Of a DNA stretch of 64,000 nt, positions 20,103 through 31,060 are shown in pieces. Made by a program: the position numbers and the translations under genes. Numbering within the stretch: the first letter of the stretch is position 1; the number at the start of each line of letters is the position of its first letter. The notes beneath the pieces were generated by a model that saw nothing but the letters and a program-made list of their open reading frames with translations, did no database searches and was not told the DNA's origin. Origin of the DNA: Candidatus Poribacteria bacterium. Its GTDB lineage: Bacteria; Poribacteria; WGA-4E; WGA-3G. The stretch is from NCBI GenBank assembly GCA_965214095.1, contig OZ243938.1, positions 4,032,001-4,096,000 of the forward strand. The letters are read 5' to 3'.

Positions 20103-21212
20103 ATGAAAATAATACTTAAAACATTCTTGATAGTTCTATTTGTTGCAATCGTCATTGGGTTTTTATTCTGTGTATATGTCCTCAATGCACCACCGATTGC
20201 ACAAACGGAAGCACCAAAATTACAAGTTCACATCAGTTCAGCAATTCGCGGAAGACCTACTACGAACTCAAAGCCGATCGCATATACCAAAAGTCATTAT
20301 CTTTTTGATATTGACCTGAGGTATCTTAGCAACTTAAACATTGGTGTTTTTTCTAATGAAATGTTGTTCAGTGTGGCTCTTGGACAAAGGGCAAAATACA
20401 GTGCCGGTCTATTAGACAAAGAACTACAGACCTCCTTTGACTGGAAAAAAATGTTTCAAAATTCTTTAGGTGGAGTCGAAATAAAATCAAAATCACCTGA
20501 TGTTAAGGTTGTACTAAGCGGTAAGGATTGGATGCTCACAGATGAAAATGGTGCAGGTTACACCGTCCAAAGAAATGGAAATAAACTCAGAATATATCTA
20601 CCCAATTTTGAAGATGTATTTAACAAAAACAAGGTTTCTCTCTCAAAGGATCTGGATTTCTCCGTTGTTAAAGCAGGAAAACAGTGGATGTTGAAAGATA
20701 ATAAATTTCTCCAGACTTATGAAATAAAGTCTGGTCAGAAAAAATTGGATATTCTACAACAATCGAAGTATCCAATTAAGACGCTACTCTTTAAAGTTAA
20801 TACAGCATCTACAGATACCTTGAGTGAAGGAACATTTAGCCCCGACATTTACGAGGGATTTGAGAAGAAGAATATACCTTTATCTAAAAAAGCTAAGTTG
20901 ATTGCTGCCGAAGACAAAATGAGTTGGGAAGTAATTGATGATACACAGAAGTATGCTATCAGAAACGAGGATGGTTGGTTGAATGTCCGTCTAAATCTTG
21001 AAAGTGATTGGCTATATATTGATATTACCGATAGATTGAAAGGGTGGATTCCAAGTAAGAGTGGATTCATATTCTATCCTCCTGATCCAACGCTCAGTTC
21101 ACGACAGAAACTAAAAGTCAAGGTAATTGGTGTCATGGATAGATTGAAAGAAGCGTTCGGTGTATTTAAAAAACCCGTTCCTCCTCAAAATAGTGAACTC
21201 TCAAATAAATAA
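20103..21212 (+). CDS. Membrane-anchored hypothetical protein with internal repeats and possible split SH3b-like domain
   Basis: N-terminal TM helix; repeated W.(L/V).D....Y.(I/V) units; GWIP near the C-terminus. Confidence 0.65.
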   Translation: MKIILKTFLIVLFVAIVIGFLFCVYVLNAPPIAQTEAPKLQVHISSAIRGRPTTNSKPIAYTKSHYLFDIDLRYLSNLNIGVFSNEMLFSVALGQRAKYSAGLLDKELQTSFDWKKMFQNSLGGVEIKSKSPDVKVVLSGKDWMLTDENGAGYTVQRNGNKLRIYLPNFEDVFNKNKVSLSKDLDFSVVKAGKQWMLKDNKFLQTYEIKSGQKKLDILQQSKYPIKTLLFKVNTASTDTLSEGTFSPDIYEGFEKKNIPLSKKAKLIAAEDKMSWEVIDDTQKYAIRNEDGWLNVRLNLESDWLYIDITDRLKGWIPSKSGFIFYPPDPTLSSRQKLKVKVIGVMDRLKEAFGVFKKPVPPQNSELSNK

Positions 21213-21290
21213 TGTAACTTTATCTGTTTATATTGTAAAACATAGACTCTATATCTGTTACAGGTCAGAACAACAGTTGTCCACATATAC

Positions 21291-22484
21291 ATGAAGATCC
21301 TTTTTTTGTCTCCCACCGTGCCTTACCCTCTCACCGACGGAGGACGCATCCGCGTTTATAATCTACTCAAACAAATTGCACAGGACAACGAAGTTACACT
21401 ACTGGCATTAGAGACTCAACCATCCGATGTTGACAGTGTTTCTCATATCCAACAATATGGTATAGTTGTCCATCTTGTCAAACATTTGCACACACTGCCT
21501 CGTGTTTCTCTGTCTACGCTCCTCAGTGCGTTTTTTAGAAGAAAACCGATTACAGTAGCCCGTTACAATGTGTCTACCTATCGACAAAAGTTACAGGAAC
21601 TGTTAGCATCTGAGTCTTTTGACATTATACATTATGAGATGTTTCATACTGCACAATTCCATACAGAATCAGACCTGCCAAGTGTTCTCTCACAGCAAAA
21701 TGTTGACTCTGCTATTTGGCATCGTCTAACAGGTGAAACAACAAACATATTCTATAAATTGGCATATTGGACACAGCAAATTGCCTTCCAACGTTATGAA
21801 AGTGTGCTAAGTCCAAAGTTTAATGCAGTGACCTGCACATCTGAAATTGATGCTGCCATTTTTGAAAAACACTGTCCGAACGAAATTGTAAAGGTCATTC
21901 CTAATGGAGTTGATGTTTCTCATTTTATGCCTGATTCTGAATCTGAAGACGCAGCACATCTTATCTACATCGGTAGTATGGATTGGTATCCAAACGAAGA
22001 TGCCGTTTCATTCTTTGCAAATGAGGTGTTACCGATTATCCGTGAGAGAGTGCCAAACGTCAACTTTACTATTGTCGGAGGAAATCCTTCAGAAGATATC
22101 CAACGCATAGCAGAAAGAGACGGTGTCGTGGTAACAGGACGTGTGCCAGAGATCAAACCCTACTTCTCAGCTGCAACGGTATTCGTTGTGCCGTTACGGA
22201 TCGGCAGTGGTACGCGCCTCAAAATACTGGAAGCATTGGCAATGGGGAAAGCAGTCGTTTCTACCACTGTTGGGGCGGAAGGTTTGACACTTCAGGATGG
22301 AGATGAGATTATGATTGCTGATGAACCGAACCATTTTGCAGAAGTTGTGATACGTTTACTCACTGATCCCGCACTACGTAAGAAAATTGGTCAAAACGGA
22401 AGAAGACGCGTTGAGCAGGATTATGATTGGCAAAACATCGGAAAAAAATTGCTTACTGTTTATGAGTCAATTCTCAGCAAGTAG
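21291..22484 (+). CDS. Glycosyltransferase family 4
   Basis: PYPLTDGGRIR, IPNGVD, GSMDWYPN, GSGTRLKILEALAMG. Confidence 0.93.
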   Translation: MKILFLSPTVPYPLTDGGRIRVYNLLKQIAQDNEVTLLALETQPSDVDSVSHIQQYGIVVHLVKHLHTLPRVSLSTLLSAFFRRKPITVARYNVSTYRQKLQELLASESFDIIHYEMFHTAQFHTESDLPSVLSQQNVDSAIWHRLTGETTNIFYKLAYWTQQIAFQRYESVLSPKFNAVTCTSEIDAAIFEKHCPNEIVKVIPNGVDVSHFMPDSESEDAAHLIYIGSMDWYPNEDAVSFFANEVLPIIRERVPNVNFTIVGGNPSEDIQRIAERDGVVVTGRVPEIKPYFSAATVFVVPLRIGSGTRLKILEALAMGKAVVSTTVGAEGLTLQDGDEIMIADEPNHFAEVVIRLLTDPALRKKIGQNGRRRVEQDYDWQNIGKKLLTVYESILSK

Positions 22485-22487
22485 TGT

Positions 22488-22625
22488 TATAGTGAAATGT
22501 AAAAACACTCGCATACTCCGTGGTAGATGCGGTTTCCTAACCGCATCTATGAGACTGAACAAACACCGGTTCGGTTAGGAAACCGAACCTACCGTAGTGT
22601 GTAAATAATTATGGTTTTTACTATA
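22488..22625. mobile_element. 138-bp MITE/REPIN-like element (two inverted GTAG-REPs inside TA-ended TIRs); inverted near-copy at 50548-50684
   Basis: TATAGTGAAA...TTTTACTATA ends; GGTAGATGCGGTTTCCTAACCGCATC and GGTTCGGTTAGGAAACCGAACCTACC. Confidence 0.85.
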
Positions 22626-22631
22626 ATTGTT

Positions 22632-23420
22632 TCACTCACTCTCAATTTCATATACAACTGTAACACTTATAGTGACAGTAAGTTCACCGGAGACGATTGG
22701 TGTGGATGTACGTTCAGCATCATCAGCGAAGGCTGACTCCGCAACAGCATACGGTATTGGTGGACTTTCGTAATATGAGTTTTCAGTTATAGTAACAGGT
22801 TGCCCAAGTGTTACGCCGCTTGCTTCTGCTATAGTGAGTGCTTTTGCTTCAGCATTTTTCACAGCTAACGCACGTGCTTGTTCTTGTAATGGCGTAGTAT
22901 CTTCAATCATAAACTGAATGGAATTGAGAACGATGCTGTCACCACCTGCTTCGGCGGCATCATCAATCACATTGCTGAGTGTATCCAATTCTCTCACTTT
23001 TGTCTGAACACTGTTATTCACTCTATAACCACGAAGTTTGCGTTCCCCTTCCGAATAATCGTATTGCGGATAGATACTGAAATTCTGCGTTATTATATCT
23101 TTTTCCGCTATACCGTTTGCCTCAAGCGATTCAATCAATGCTGTCATTGCACTTGCTGCTTCTTCGCGTGCATCTGCAACAGAATCTCTCTCAACAGAAA
23201 CGCCTAAGTTAAGCGTTGCGATATCAGGTTCACCTGATACCGATCCGCTTCCATTGACATTTATTGTCCTACCAGATAAAGACGGTGTAAAAACCTGTGA
23301 AACAAGATTTCTATCGCAGGCAGTCAGTGTTGAAACCAGCAATATTAGAATTAGAAGCATGCAATTTCGAAAATTGAAAGAATAGGTATTCCAACCCGAA
23401 CTTTCTTGTGATGTAGACAT
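22632..23420 (-). CDS. SIMPL (DUF541) domain lipoprotein
   Basis: LTAC lipobox; VNGSGSVSGEPDIA, FSIYPQYDY, A..KA..IA..SGVTLG. Confidence 0.9.
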   Translation of the reverse strand: MSTSQESSGWNTYSFNFRNCMLLILILLVSTLTACDRNLVSQVFTPSLSGRTINVNGSGSVSGEPDIATLNLGVSVERDSVADAREEAASAMTALIESLEANGIAEKDIITQNFSIYPQYDYSEGERKLRGYRVNNSVQTKVRELDTLSNVIDDAAEAGGDSIVLNSIQFMIEDTTPLQEQARALAVKNAEAKALTIAEASGVTLGQPVTITENSYYESPPIPYAVAESAFADDAERTSTPIVSGELTVTISVTVVYEIESE

Positions 23421-23453
23421 TAGAGTCTCCTTGATTTTTATATATTCATTACA

Positions 23454-24167
23454 TTAATTTCCAAACAACTTGATCTGTTCAGGTGGGATAGAGATTGAAA
23501 CACCTGCATTGTTTGTAAAATGAATATTTTCATTCCTTTTGATAAGACCAAATAACATTTTTTCGTAGAAAGATAAATCCGTAAACTGTGGTACTGATTT
23601 GTGCTGTTCATTGTAAAAATCAGCATCAATATATGACCATACGCTGTCCCAACGGTTAATTGATTTTGATTTTAGTTTTGTATAGTTACGTACAGCATCA
23701 ACTAATATACCACCATTTGTCCTCTCAAATTTTGCGTTGCTTACGGTTATGTGTGATGGATATGCATGTGCATATACGACAGTATCGGAGGTTTTCCACA
23801 ACATACCTTCTTTTGGCTTTTCTGTCGGTTGTCCATGTTTTGAGACACACATTTTGGTAATATTCTGTGCACTCTTTACCGGTTTTTCTGTGATATATCC
23901 TGCTGCTCGTAGTTTGTTATCTTTGAATGTATAGACGAGAAATGCGGGGACACCAGCAATCTTACTTCTATATACCAGCACGTCATCTGTGCGTTGATAC
24001 ACTTGCATATCTTTCTCAACAAGTAGGACGCGTTGGCGACTGTCCCCCCATCGAGTCTCACGGAAATCGTAATCGTTCGTGTTCTCTTCAGATAGAGTTT
24101 TGGAGATGGATGCACATCCGGTGAGAAGTATGAATATGGGTAGTGCTAAACAGACCATAGTTTTCAT
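23454..24167 (-). CDS. Hypothetical lipoprotein
   Basis: GGAG RBS before ATG 24167, LLTGC lipobox, YDFRETRWG motif. Confidence 0.75.
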   Translation of the reverse strand: MKTMVCLALPIFILLTGCASISKTLSEENTNDYDFRETRWGDSRQRVLLVEKDMQVYQRTDDVLVYRSKIAGVPAFLVYTFKDNKLRAAGYITEKPVKSAQNITKMCVSKHGQPTEKPKEGMLWKTSDTVVYAHAYPSHITVSNAKFERTNGGILVDAVRNYTKLKSKSINRWDSVWSYIDADFYNEQHKSVPQFTDLSFYEKMLFGLIKRNENIHFTNNAGVSISIPPEQIKLFGN

Positions 24168-24273
24168 AATTATACTCCTTATATCTTTTTGGGAGTTAAT
24201 ATAACAATTATTGTAAGTACGTATGAAATGCAATGTTGAAGAAAACTATGTGTCATGACGTAGACAGAAAACT

Positions 24274-25272
24274 TTAATCTGGAGATACTTCCTCAACTGT
24301 TTGTGATGGATTGCCTTCGTTAGTTCCTTCGGTTGTTGCACTCTCCATTAGTTTGTCCGATTTCTTGATTAGATTGTCAACATTGGATTTGAGTAGTCTG
24401 AAAACTTGTTCCTTTTCATCACTATTTACGTATAGTTTTCCACCATCCTCATTACCGATATGTAAGGTTTTGGTTGAACCATCATTAAGTATAGCAGAAA
24501 TTGAGGATGTAGGGGAGTCTAAACCGTATTCTGCAAGTTCTTTTGCCTCAGCGAAGTCGTCAGTCTGTAATTTACTTAACTTATTCAGCAGATTATCAAC
24601 TTGATTTTGAATCACAGCAGCTGTCGTTGGTTGTAACATTTGCCACTTGTTCTCAGCATCTAACATCAATTCAACTGTTTCTTCAGGTGAAGTAATGTTT
24701 ATTTTTGTGACGATGCCTTTATTGAAGTCAAAAATAGTTCTGTCTTTCCAAGTTCGTGTGCTTTTATCAAAAACTCCTTGTAGGTAACCTTTTGCAACGT
24801 AAACATCCTTGGAATCAGCAGCACGCACATAACTGCTTAAAAATCCGGGAGTGTTTTTCCCAACAAACAGATGTGCTATCAACTTATCATTTGCATCCAT
24901 CAATTTCACTTCAACACCGCTGCTATCAACCTGGAATTCAGCTTGTTTTTCTGGATTGTCAGAGACTTTATTGGCATTATCAAATTCTGCCATTTTTGTG
25001 AACAAATCATTTAAAGCTTCTGTATCTGCAGGGTAGTTATCCATTGAAGTGACAAGCCACTTATCATCATGTTTTGTGAGAGTTGATGTTTCACCTTTAG
25101 CAATAATCTCTATTCTTGCTACCTGTTCCTTGTCGAATTTCGGGAAAAGCGCAGTTGCTTCATCAACTTTCTTTTGATAATCACTTTTCCTGAATGGGTT
25201 CTCAAATATCAGGACAAGGAGCAGTAAAAAAACAAATATTCCACTTAGAATGAGTAGTTGTTTCTTTTTCAT
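24274..25272 (-). CDS. DUF4340 domain protein
   Basis: N-terminal TM; duplicated W....YPA / YGL..P units; follows a GldG-like gene. Confidence 0.8.
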   Translation of the reverse strand: MKKKQLLILSGIFVFLLLLVLIFENPFRKSDYQKKVDEATALFPKFDKEQVARIEIIAKGETSTLTKHDDKWLVTSMDNYPADTEALNDLFTKMAEFDNANKVSDNPEKQAEFQVDSSGVEVKLMDANDKLIAHLFVGKNTPGFLSSYVRAADSKDVYVAKGYLQGVFDKSTRTWKDRTIFDFNKGIVTKINITSPEETVELMLDAENKWQMLQPTTAAVIQNQVDNLLNKLSKLQTDDFAEAKELAEYGLDSPTSSISAILNDGSTKTLHIGNEDGGKLYVNSDEKEQVFRLLKSNVDNLIKKSDKLMESATTEGTNEGNPSQTVEEVSPD

Positions 25273-25297
25273 TGTTCTTTTGATTGATTTAATATGC

Positions 25298-26941
25298 TTA
25301 TATCCGTGAACCGTAGGTTCCAACCAACCGTTTTACCCTCCTTTTTAATAGATACCGAATTAACCCGATAATAACGACTAACAGAGGAATACCAACGGTA
25401 CACAAGTATTTGATGAGATTTTTTATTAAACCCGAGACTTCATTTAAGGGTCTGCTTGTTATTGAATGTGAACGTATACCGATAAGAGTGTCTCCAAGGG
25501 TTAACCAGTCAATACAGTTTAAGAAAAACTTGGCACTCTTTGGATTCAGTTGTGATAGGATTCCTCCTGTTCCGACAACAATAATTTGCGTATCGGTACT
25601 ATCTGTAATTGTAGTTCGGTCTTCAGTTTTTGGTGTTGTGTTAGATTTGTCATCCTCATTTTCACCTTCAGAATCCGCTTCTGGTTCTGTGGTTGGGATC
25701 TCTTTATCTGCATAGAAACTTTTGAATTTACCTTCCAAAGCTGCAGCAACAGTAAACACTTGTAAATCTGTCTGTGGAATAGGTGAACCGGGCATTAGGT
25801 TGTATACACCTTGAAAACTTTGTCCAAATTCAGTAGTCTTTGCTAATGCTGTTGCTGTTATCCCCTCTTTCGTCAAGGTCTCTAAAGAACTTGTCCAAGG
25901 TAAAGTCAATTCCTCTAATTGGCTCGTAATAGCGTTTTCTTTTGAAAAATTGGTTTTGTGGATTTTGATAAAATAGATATAAGGTTGAATAAAGGTCATT
26001 CTACCTTGTTGTAGCTGCACAGAATCATGTGATCTGCGATCACCTATAAGATTATTCCCGAGTTTAATACCGTAGTGTTCAAGTAGATCGTTCAAACCAG
26101 TAGCAAGTGGTGTGCCTTGTAGGGTTTGGGGTTGCATCGTAATGGGATCAATTAGGAATAATGCTCTTCCACCGTGCATGATAAACTGGTCAATCTCATA
26201 TTTCTCTCTTTCTGTCAACATCTGTTTTGGTCCTGCAACAACTAAAGTCGTTACAGATGGGTCAACAGGTTCTCCTGTTTGAAGGTCAACCGTCGTGATG
26301 TTATATTGTCCATCTGCATTCTTGTCTAAGAGTTGCCGCAGTTGCTGATTTGCCTGCGTCTGTGCATTGATATCATATTCATCATGTCCGGTCAAGAATC
26401 CGATAGTCTTTACATCCTTGGTCGTCACTTTCACAATTGTGGATGTGAGTTCGTATTCTAAGTTAGCAGTAGATTGAACAACGGGTAGTACTTCCTCTTT
26501 TCCACTATAACCTACGGAAATAGCCATATAGACGTTTGCAATGACGGCTTTATCCTTCTCAAAAACATTGATTGGAACTTCCTGTATACCCTTAAAACGA
26601 AGTTCCTGTTTTTGCGCATCGTCCATATCGCTAGGATTGATATAGTCAATTTGCAGTCTCCGTGAGAACGCATTATATTCATCCAAAACATCTCTGACAT
26701 CCTGTAGTATTTGACCTACTCGTGCGGGTTCCGTTGAAAAGTATACGGTGATTGTGACAATGTCATCTAAATTCTTAATAGTCTCCTTGGTTGATTTGGA
26801 TACGGTATAACGTTTATCCTCAGTGAGATCCAATCGTACAAAACGACGTGCGGAAAGAAAATTAATCAGAACCAGAATGCCAAATATGAGTGCAGCAAAT
26901 GCTAAGGTATTAGCACCGTATCTTATCCGTTTATCAGCCAA
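25298..26941 (-). CDS. GldG-like ABC transporter auxiliary component
   Basis: RLDLTEDKRYTVS, EYELTSTI, GFLTGHDE, IDQFIMHGG, FFLNCIDWL. Confidence 0.88.
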   Translation of the reverse strand: MADKRIRYGANTLAFAALIFGILVLINFLSARRFVRLDLTEDKRYTVSKSTKETIKNLDDIVTITVYFSTEPARVGQILQDVRDVLDEYNAFSRRLQIDYINPSDMDDAQKQELRFKGIQEVPINVFEKDKAVIANVYMAISVGYSGKEEVLPVVQSTANLEYELTSTIVKVTTKDVKTIGFLTGHDEYDINAQTQANQQLRQLLDKNADGQYNITTVDLQTGEPVDPSVTTLVVAGPKQMLTEREKYEIDQFIMHGGRALFLIDPITMQPQTLQGTPLATGLNDLLEHYGIKLGNNLIGDRRSHDSVQLQQGRMTFIQPYIYFIKIHKTNFSKENAITSQLEELTLPWTSSLETLTKEGITATALAKTTEFGQSFQGVYNLMPGSPIPQTDLQVFTVAAALEGKFKSFYADKEIPTTEPEADSEGENEDDKSNTTPKTEDRTTITDSTDTQIIVVGTGGILSQLNPKSAKFFLNCIDWLTLGDTLIGIRSHSITSRPLNEVSGLIKNLIKYLCTVGIPLLVVIIGLIRYLLKRRVKRLVGTYGSRI

Positions 26942-26960
26942 AACAATTTACCTCCTAAAC

Positions 26961-27686
26961 CTAACGCCATTTTCTACTTTCTACCATGAGTGTACTCAGA
27001 TATAGAAAAAATCCAGTGATTGTTAAATAGTATATAATATCTCGTGAATCAATGACTCCGCGTAGGATACTACTATAGTGAACACCGAGTCCAAGATAAC
27101 TAAATATTGGAAATAACCAATTGGGAGTGCTAAAAAGCACAATGTCCTCTCCGATAATCAGTAAAGCAAAGCATGCAGAAATCCCAAGAATAAATGCGAC
27201 AATTTGGTTCTCAGTAATCGTTGAAGCAAATAATCCGATAGACAGGTATGCACCACCCATCAAGAGAAGTCCGATGTAACCACATATAATAGTGCCACCA
27301 TCCGGATCACCCAGAACTATGACAGCAATTGGAAGTGCAAGTGAAAAGAGTGCAGTTACTGCGAGCAACCCAAAACTTGCAAGAAATTTTCCTACAACTA
27401 CCTCATAGTCCTTTAGCGGCAAGGTCATGAGTATTTCTGCTGTACCGATCTTTTTCTCCTCCGCCCAAAGTTTCATGGTAACAGAAGGAATAAAGAATAA
27501 AAAAATCCACGGCATTAACCCAAAGAATCCTCGCATTTCGGCTTGACCACTAATGAAAAAAGTTCTGAAGAAAAGCCATGATGAAATAGCAAGGAAAAAT
27601 GTAATAAAGATATATGCAATGGGTGAATTGAAATAACTTCTAAATTCTTTTTTGAAAATTGCGTTGATGTTTTGCATAGTATTCAA
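26961..27686 (-). CDS. GldF-like ABC-2 permease
   Basis: KKEFRSYFNSPIAY, EEKKIGTAEILMT, NQIVAF, RGVIDSRDIIYY. Confidence 0.9.
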   Translation of the reverse strand: MNTMQNINAIFKKEFRSYFNSPIAYIFITFFLAISSWLFFRTFFISGQAEMRGFFGLMPWIFLFFIPSVTMKLWAEEKKIGTAEILMTLPLKDYEVVVGKFLASFGLLAVTALFSLALPIAVIVLGDPDGGTIICGYIGLLLMGGAYLSIGLFASTITENQIVAFILGISACFALLIIGEDIVLFSTPNWLFPIFSYLGLGVHYSSILRGVIDSRDIIYYLTITGFFLYLSTLMVESRKWR

Positions 27687-27737
27687 TCTTATTTTCGGTG
27701 TAGGGTGTTCAAGGAACGACTAATATAATTTTCGGTA

Positions 27738-28730
27738 TTATTCTTCTTCAGATGAATCCCTTTCTTCTATTATGCTATTAGAGGGTGTATGACTGTTTAT
27801 TCCTGTTGTAAAGTGAAGGAATATATTTTCCAAATCAATCGTTTCATGGTGAAGTTCAACGAGATCCCATTGGTTTTGTTGTGCAGCGTGGAATAATTTG
27901 CTTGACGCATCATACCCCTCTTGTGAGGTCGTTATTTCATAACTCACGACACCGTTATCTGTCTTCACATGGGCAACCCCAGTCACGCCATCCAAATCTC
28001 TTAATTGAGGTGTGATTTCTTCCTCAGTTCCTCTGATAGTAAGATGTACCTTATCCTCACTCCGAACTTGTTCAATTAGGTCCTCTAATGTGCCGTTTGC
28101 AACTATCTTACCTTGATTGATCATCAGAATTCGGCTACATGTTGCGGCAACTTCAGGTAAAATGTGTGTGCTGAATAGAACAAGTTTCTCTTTCCCCATC
28201 TCAATAATCAAGTTTCGAATCTCAATAGTTTGGGTAGGGTCAAGTCCAGATGTAGGTTCATCTAATATCAGGATAGGTGGGTCGTGGATGAGACTTTGTG
28301 CTAATCCGACGCGTTGTCGGTAACCTTTGGAGAGTTCACCAATGTCTTTTTGTATTACCCCTTCAAGTCCACATATATCAATGACCGTATTAATTCGTTC
28401 TTTGCGTTGACTCTTAGGTATATCACGAACTTCCGCCATAAATTTGAGGTATTCAACTACTCCCATATCTACATATAGCGGTGCACTTTCAGGGAGGTAA
28501 CCGACATTTTTCCTGACATCAATGGGGTGTTCAAGGACATTGTAACCGGCAACGGTAGCATTCCCAGCATCTGCGGTGAGATAGCAGGTGAGGATACGCA
28601 TTGTCGTAGTCTTGCCAGCACCGTTCGGGCCAATGAATCCTACAACTTCTCCAGCTTTAGCATCAAATGAGACTTGGTCAACAGCAAGCGTTGGTCCGTA
28701 AGATTTGGTAAGTTCTCTGACTTCAATCAT
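27738..28730 (-). CDS. GldA-like ABC transporter ATP-binding protein
   Basis: GPNGAGKTT, LSKGYRQRVGLAQ, ILDEPT. Confidence 0.93.
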   Translation of the reverse strand: MIEVRELTKSYGPTLAVDQVSFDAKAGEVVGFIGPNGAGKTTTMRILTCYLTADAGNATVAGYNVLEHPIDVRKNVGYLPESAPLYVDMGVVEYLKFMAEVRDIPKSQRKERINTVIDICGLEGVIQKDIGELSKGYRQRVGLAQSLIHDPPILILDEPTSGLDPTQTIEIRNLIIEMGKEKLVLFSTHILPEVAATCSRILMINQGKIVANGTLEDLIEQVRSEDKVHLTIRGTEEEITPQLRDLDGVTGVAHVKTDNGVVSYEITTSQEGYDASSKLFHAAQQNQWDLVELHHETIDLENIFLHFTTGINSHTPSNSIIEERDSSEEE

Positions 28731-28961
28731 TGCATATAATATTTCTTTTTAATGTATTAATATTGAGATGTGGTTGGTGAAAAGGATTTCAAACCAACGT
28801 CATATCAGGATAAAACCTTAATAATATTATCATGTTAATCTCTGAATGTCAAGGAAAAATAAATGTATTCATCTGAGACATCTAATTGTCAGAATGCAGT
28901 ATGTGATTCCTGCTGCTGTCTCTAACAAAATATCAATATTTATGTAGGTTACAAACAGAAA

Positions 28962-28983
28962 GGACAGGTATAAATACCTGTCC
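28962..28983 (-). terminator. Intrinsic terminator after glnB
   Basis: GGACAGGTA-N4-TACCTGTCC followed by a T-rich tract on the minus strand. Confidence 0.7.
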
Positions 28984-29017
28984 CATTAAATAATAATTGT
29001 GTATGACAGAGATAAAT

Positions 29018-29419
<402 letters not shown>

Positions 29420-29531
29420 TTAGATTATCTTATAGTTGTTTGATGAGTGGATATGAAACTATCCTCACCAATAAATTCAGATATTAACTTGACGATTGCC
29501 TATATTTTGCACCTTGATAAATGCATGATGT

Positions 29532-29618
29532 AGAACCCCGCTCTGTGAAATAAATTGATAACCTACCTGCCAACTTATGTGTATCAATACTATATGTTAT
29601 TTCTCAGCACAGGGTTCT
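29532..29618. mobile_element. 87-bp MITE-like element with about 22-bp imperfect TIRs
   Basis: AGAACCCCGCTCTGTGAAATAA vs reverse-complemented right end AGAACCCTGTGCTGAGAAATAA. Confidence 0.5.
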
Positions 29619-29638
29619 CACCTTACACAAAATGTGTT

Positions 29639-31060
29639 CTATATATCATGATAGAGGAAGAATTCATAAGGATGCGGACGTATATTAACGGCATCTACCT
29701 CATTTTCGCGTTTGTAATCAATCCAAACATCCAGTACATCTTCAGTAAAGACATCGCCCTTGAGAAGATATTCGTGGTCATCCTCAAGTGCATCAAGTGC
29801 ATCTCCAAGAGAAACAGGCGTAGATTCAATATCATCAAGTTCCTCTGGTTCAAGGTCGTATAGGTCTTTATCCAACGGATCCCCTGGATGGATTCTGTTC
29901 TGAATTCCGTCAAGTCCTGCCATAAGCAATGCACTGAATGCAAGGTATGGGTTACAAGACGGATCCGGTGTTCTGAATTCAACCCGTTTTGCCTTTTCAC
30001 TCTTGGAATATACAGGAATACGGACACAGGCACTACGGTTTCTCTGTGAATAAGCAATATTGACAGGTGCTTCATACCCAGGAACTAAACGCTTATAGGA
30101 ATTGGTCGTCGGGGCAATGATTGCGCATAATGAACGCGCATGTGCCAATAAACCACCGATCCAATAAAGTGCTGTTTCACTGAGAAGTGAGTAACCTTGT
30201 GGATCAAAGAATACATTCTTTCCATCTTTCCACAAACTTGTGTGTACATGCATTCCCGAACCGTTATCTTGGAAGAGCGGTTTGGGCATGAAAGTAGCGA
30301 CTAAATTATGAGAACGGGCAACGTTTTTAACGATGTATTTGTACAACGCGATTTTATCACCGACCGTTGTTAGTGTATCATAACGGATGTCAATTTCACC
30401 TTGTCCTGCCGTTCCTACTTCGTGGTGATGGACTTCTACATCAATACCGGATTCAATAAGTTTCAGACAGATTTCAGACCGGATGTCTTGAAGTGTATCT
30501 GATGGTGGAACAGGGAAATATCCTTCTTTATATCTCGGTTTGTAACCGAGGTTAGGATTTTCTTCACGTCCAGAATTCCAACTACCTTCAACTGAATCTA
30601 CGTGATAAAAACCTGAATTCGGTGTCTGGCTGTAACGTATATCGTTCAATAGATAGAATTCTGCTTCAGGTCCCCAAAAACTTGTATCGGCAATGCCAGT
30701 GGACTGAAGGTATGCTTCAGCTTTCTGTGCAATATGCCGCACATCACGCGTGTAATTCTCCAATGTAATTGGGTCTTTTATATTACAGGTAATACTCAAT
30801 GTTGGGATTTGACATACTGGATCAACCAACGCAGTTGCGGGATCGGGAAATAGCAACATATCACTCTCGTTGATCGCCTGAAAGCCACGGATACTTGACC
30901 CATCAAAACCAATACCTTCTGTAAATAGGTCTTCGCTCAATTCATCAACCATAATAGAAAAGTGTTGCCACATTCCCGGCAGGTCCATGAATTTTAGGTC
31001 AACTACTTTAACATTATTTTCTTTTGCAAGTGCAACCACCTCACTTGGTGTCATTCGCAT
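29639..31060 (-). CDS. glnA: Glutamine synthetase type I
   Basis: FDGSSIRGF, HHHEV, TFMPKP..DNGSGMH, NSYKRLVPGYEAP, adenylylation-site DLYDL. Confidence 0.98.
   Translation of the reverse strand: MRMTPSEVVALAKENNVKVVDLKFMDLPGMWQHFSIMVDELSEDLFTEGIGFDGSSIRGFQAINESDMLLFPDPATALVDPVCQIPTLSITCNIKDPITLENYTRDVRHIAQKAEAYLQSTGIADTSFWGPEAEFYLLNDIRYSQTPNSGFYHVDSVEGSWNSGREENPNLGYKPRYKEGYFPVPPSDTLQDIRSEICLKLIESGIDVEVHHHEVGTAGQGEIDIRYDTLTTVGDKIALYKYIVKNVARSHNLVATFMPKPLFQDNGSGMHVHTSLWKDGKNVFFDPQGYSLLSETALYWIGGLLAHARSLCAIIAPTTNSYKRLVPGYEAPVNIAYSQRNRSACVRIPVYSKSEKAKRVEFRTPDPSCNPYLAFSALLMAGLDGIQNRIHPGDPLDKDLYDLEPEELDDIESTPVSLGDALDALEDDHEYLLKGDVFTEDVLDVWIDYKRENEVDAVNIRPHPYEFFLYHDI

Noticed and set aside
22488-22625. 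Palindromic repeats considered as a CRISPR array
   Set aside because: The copies are inverted pairs dispersed between genes, not direct repeats with unique spacers, and there are no cas genes.
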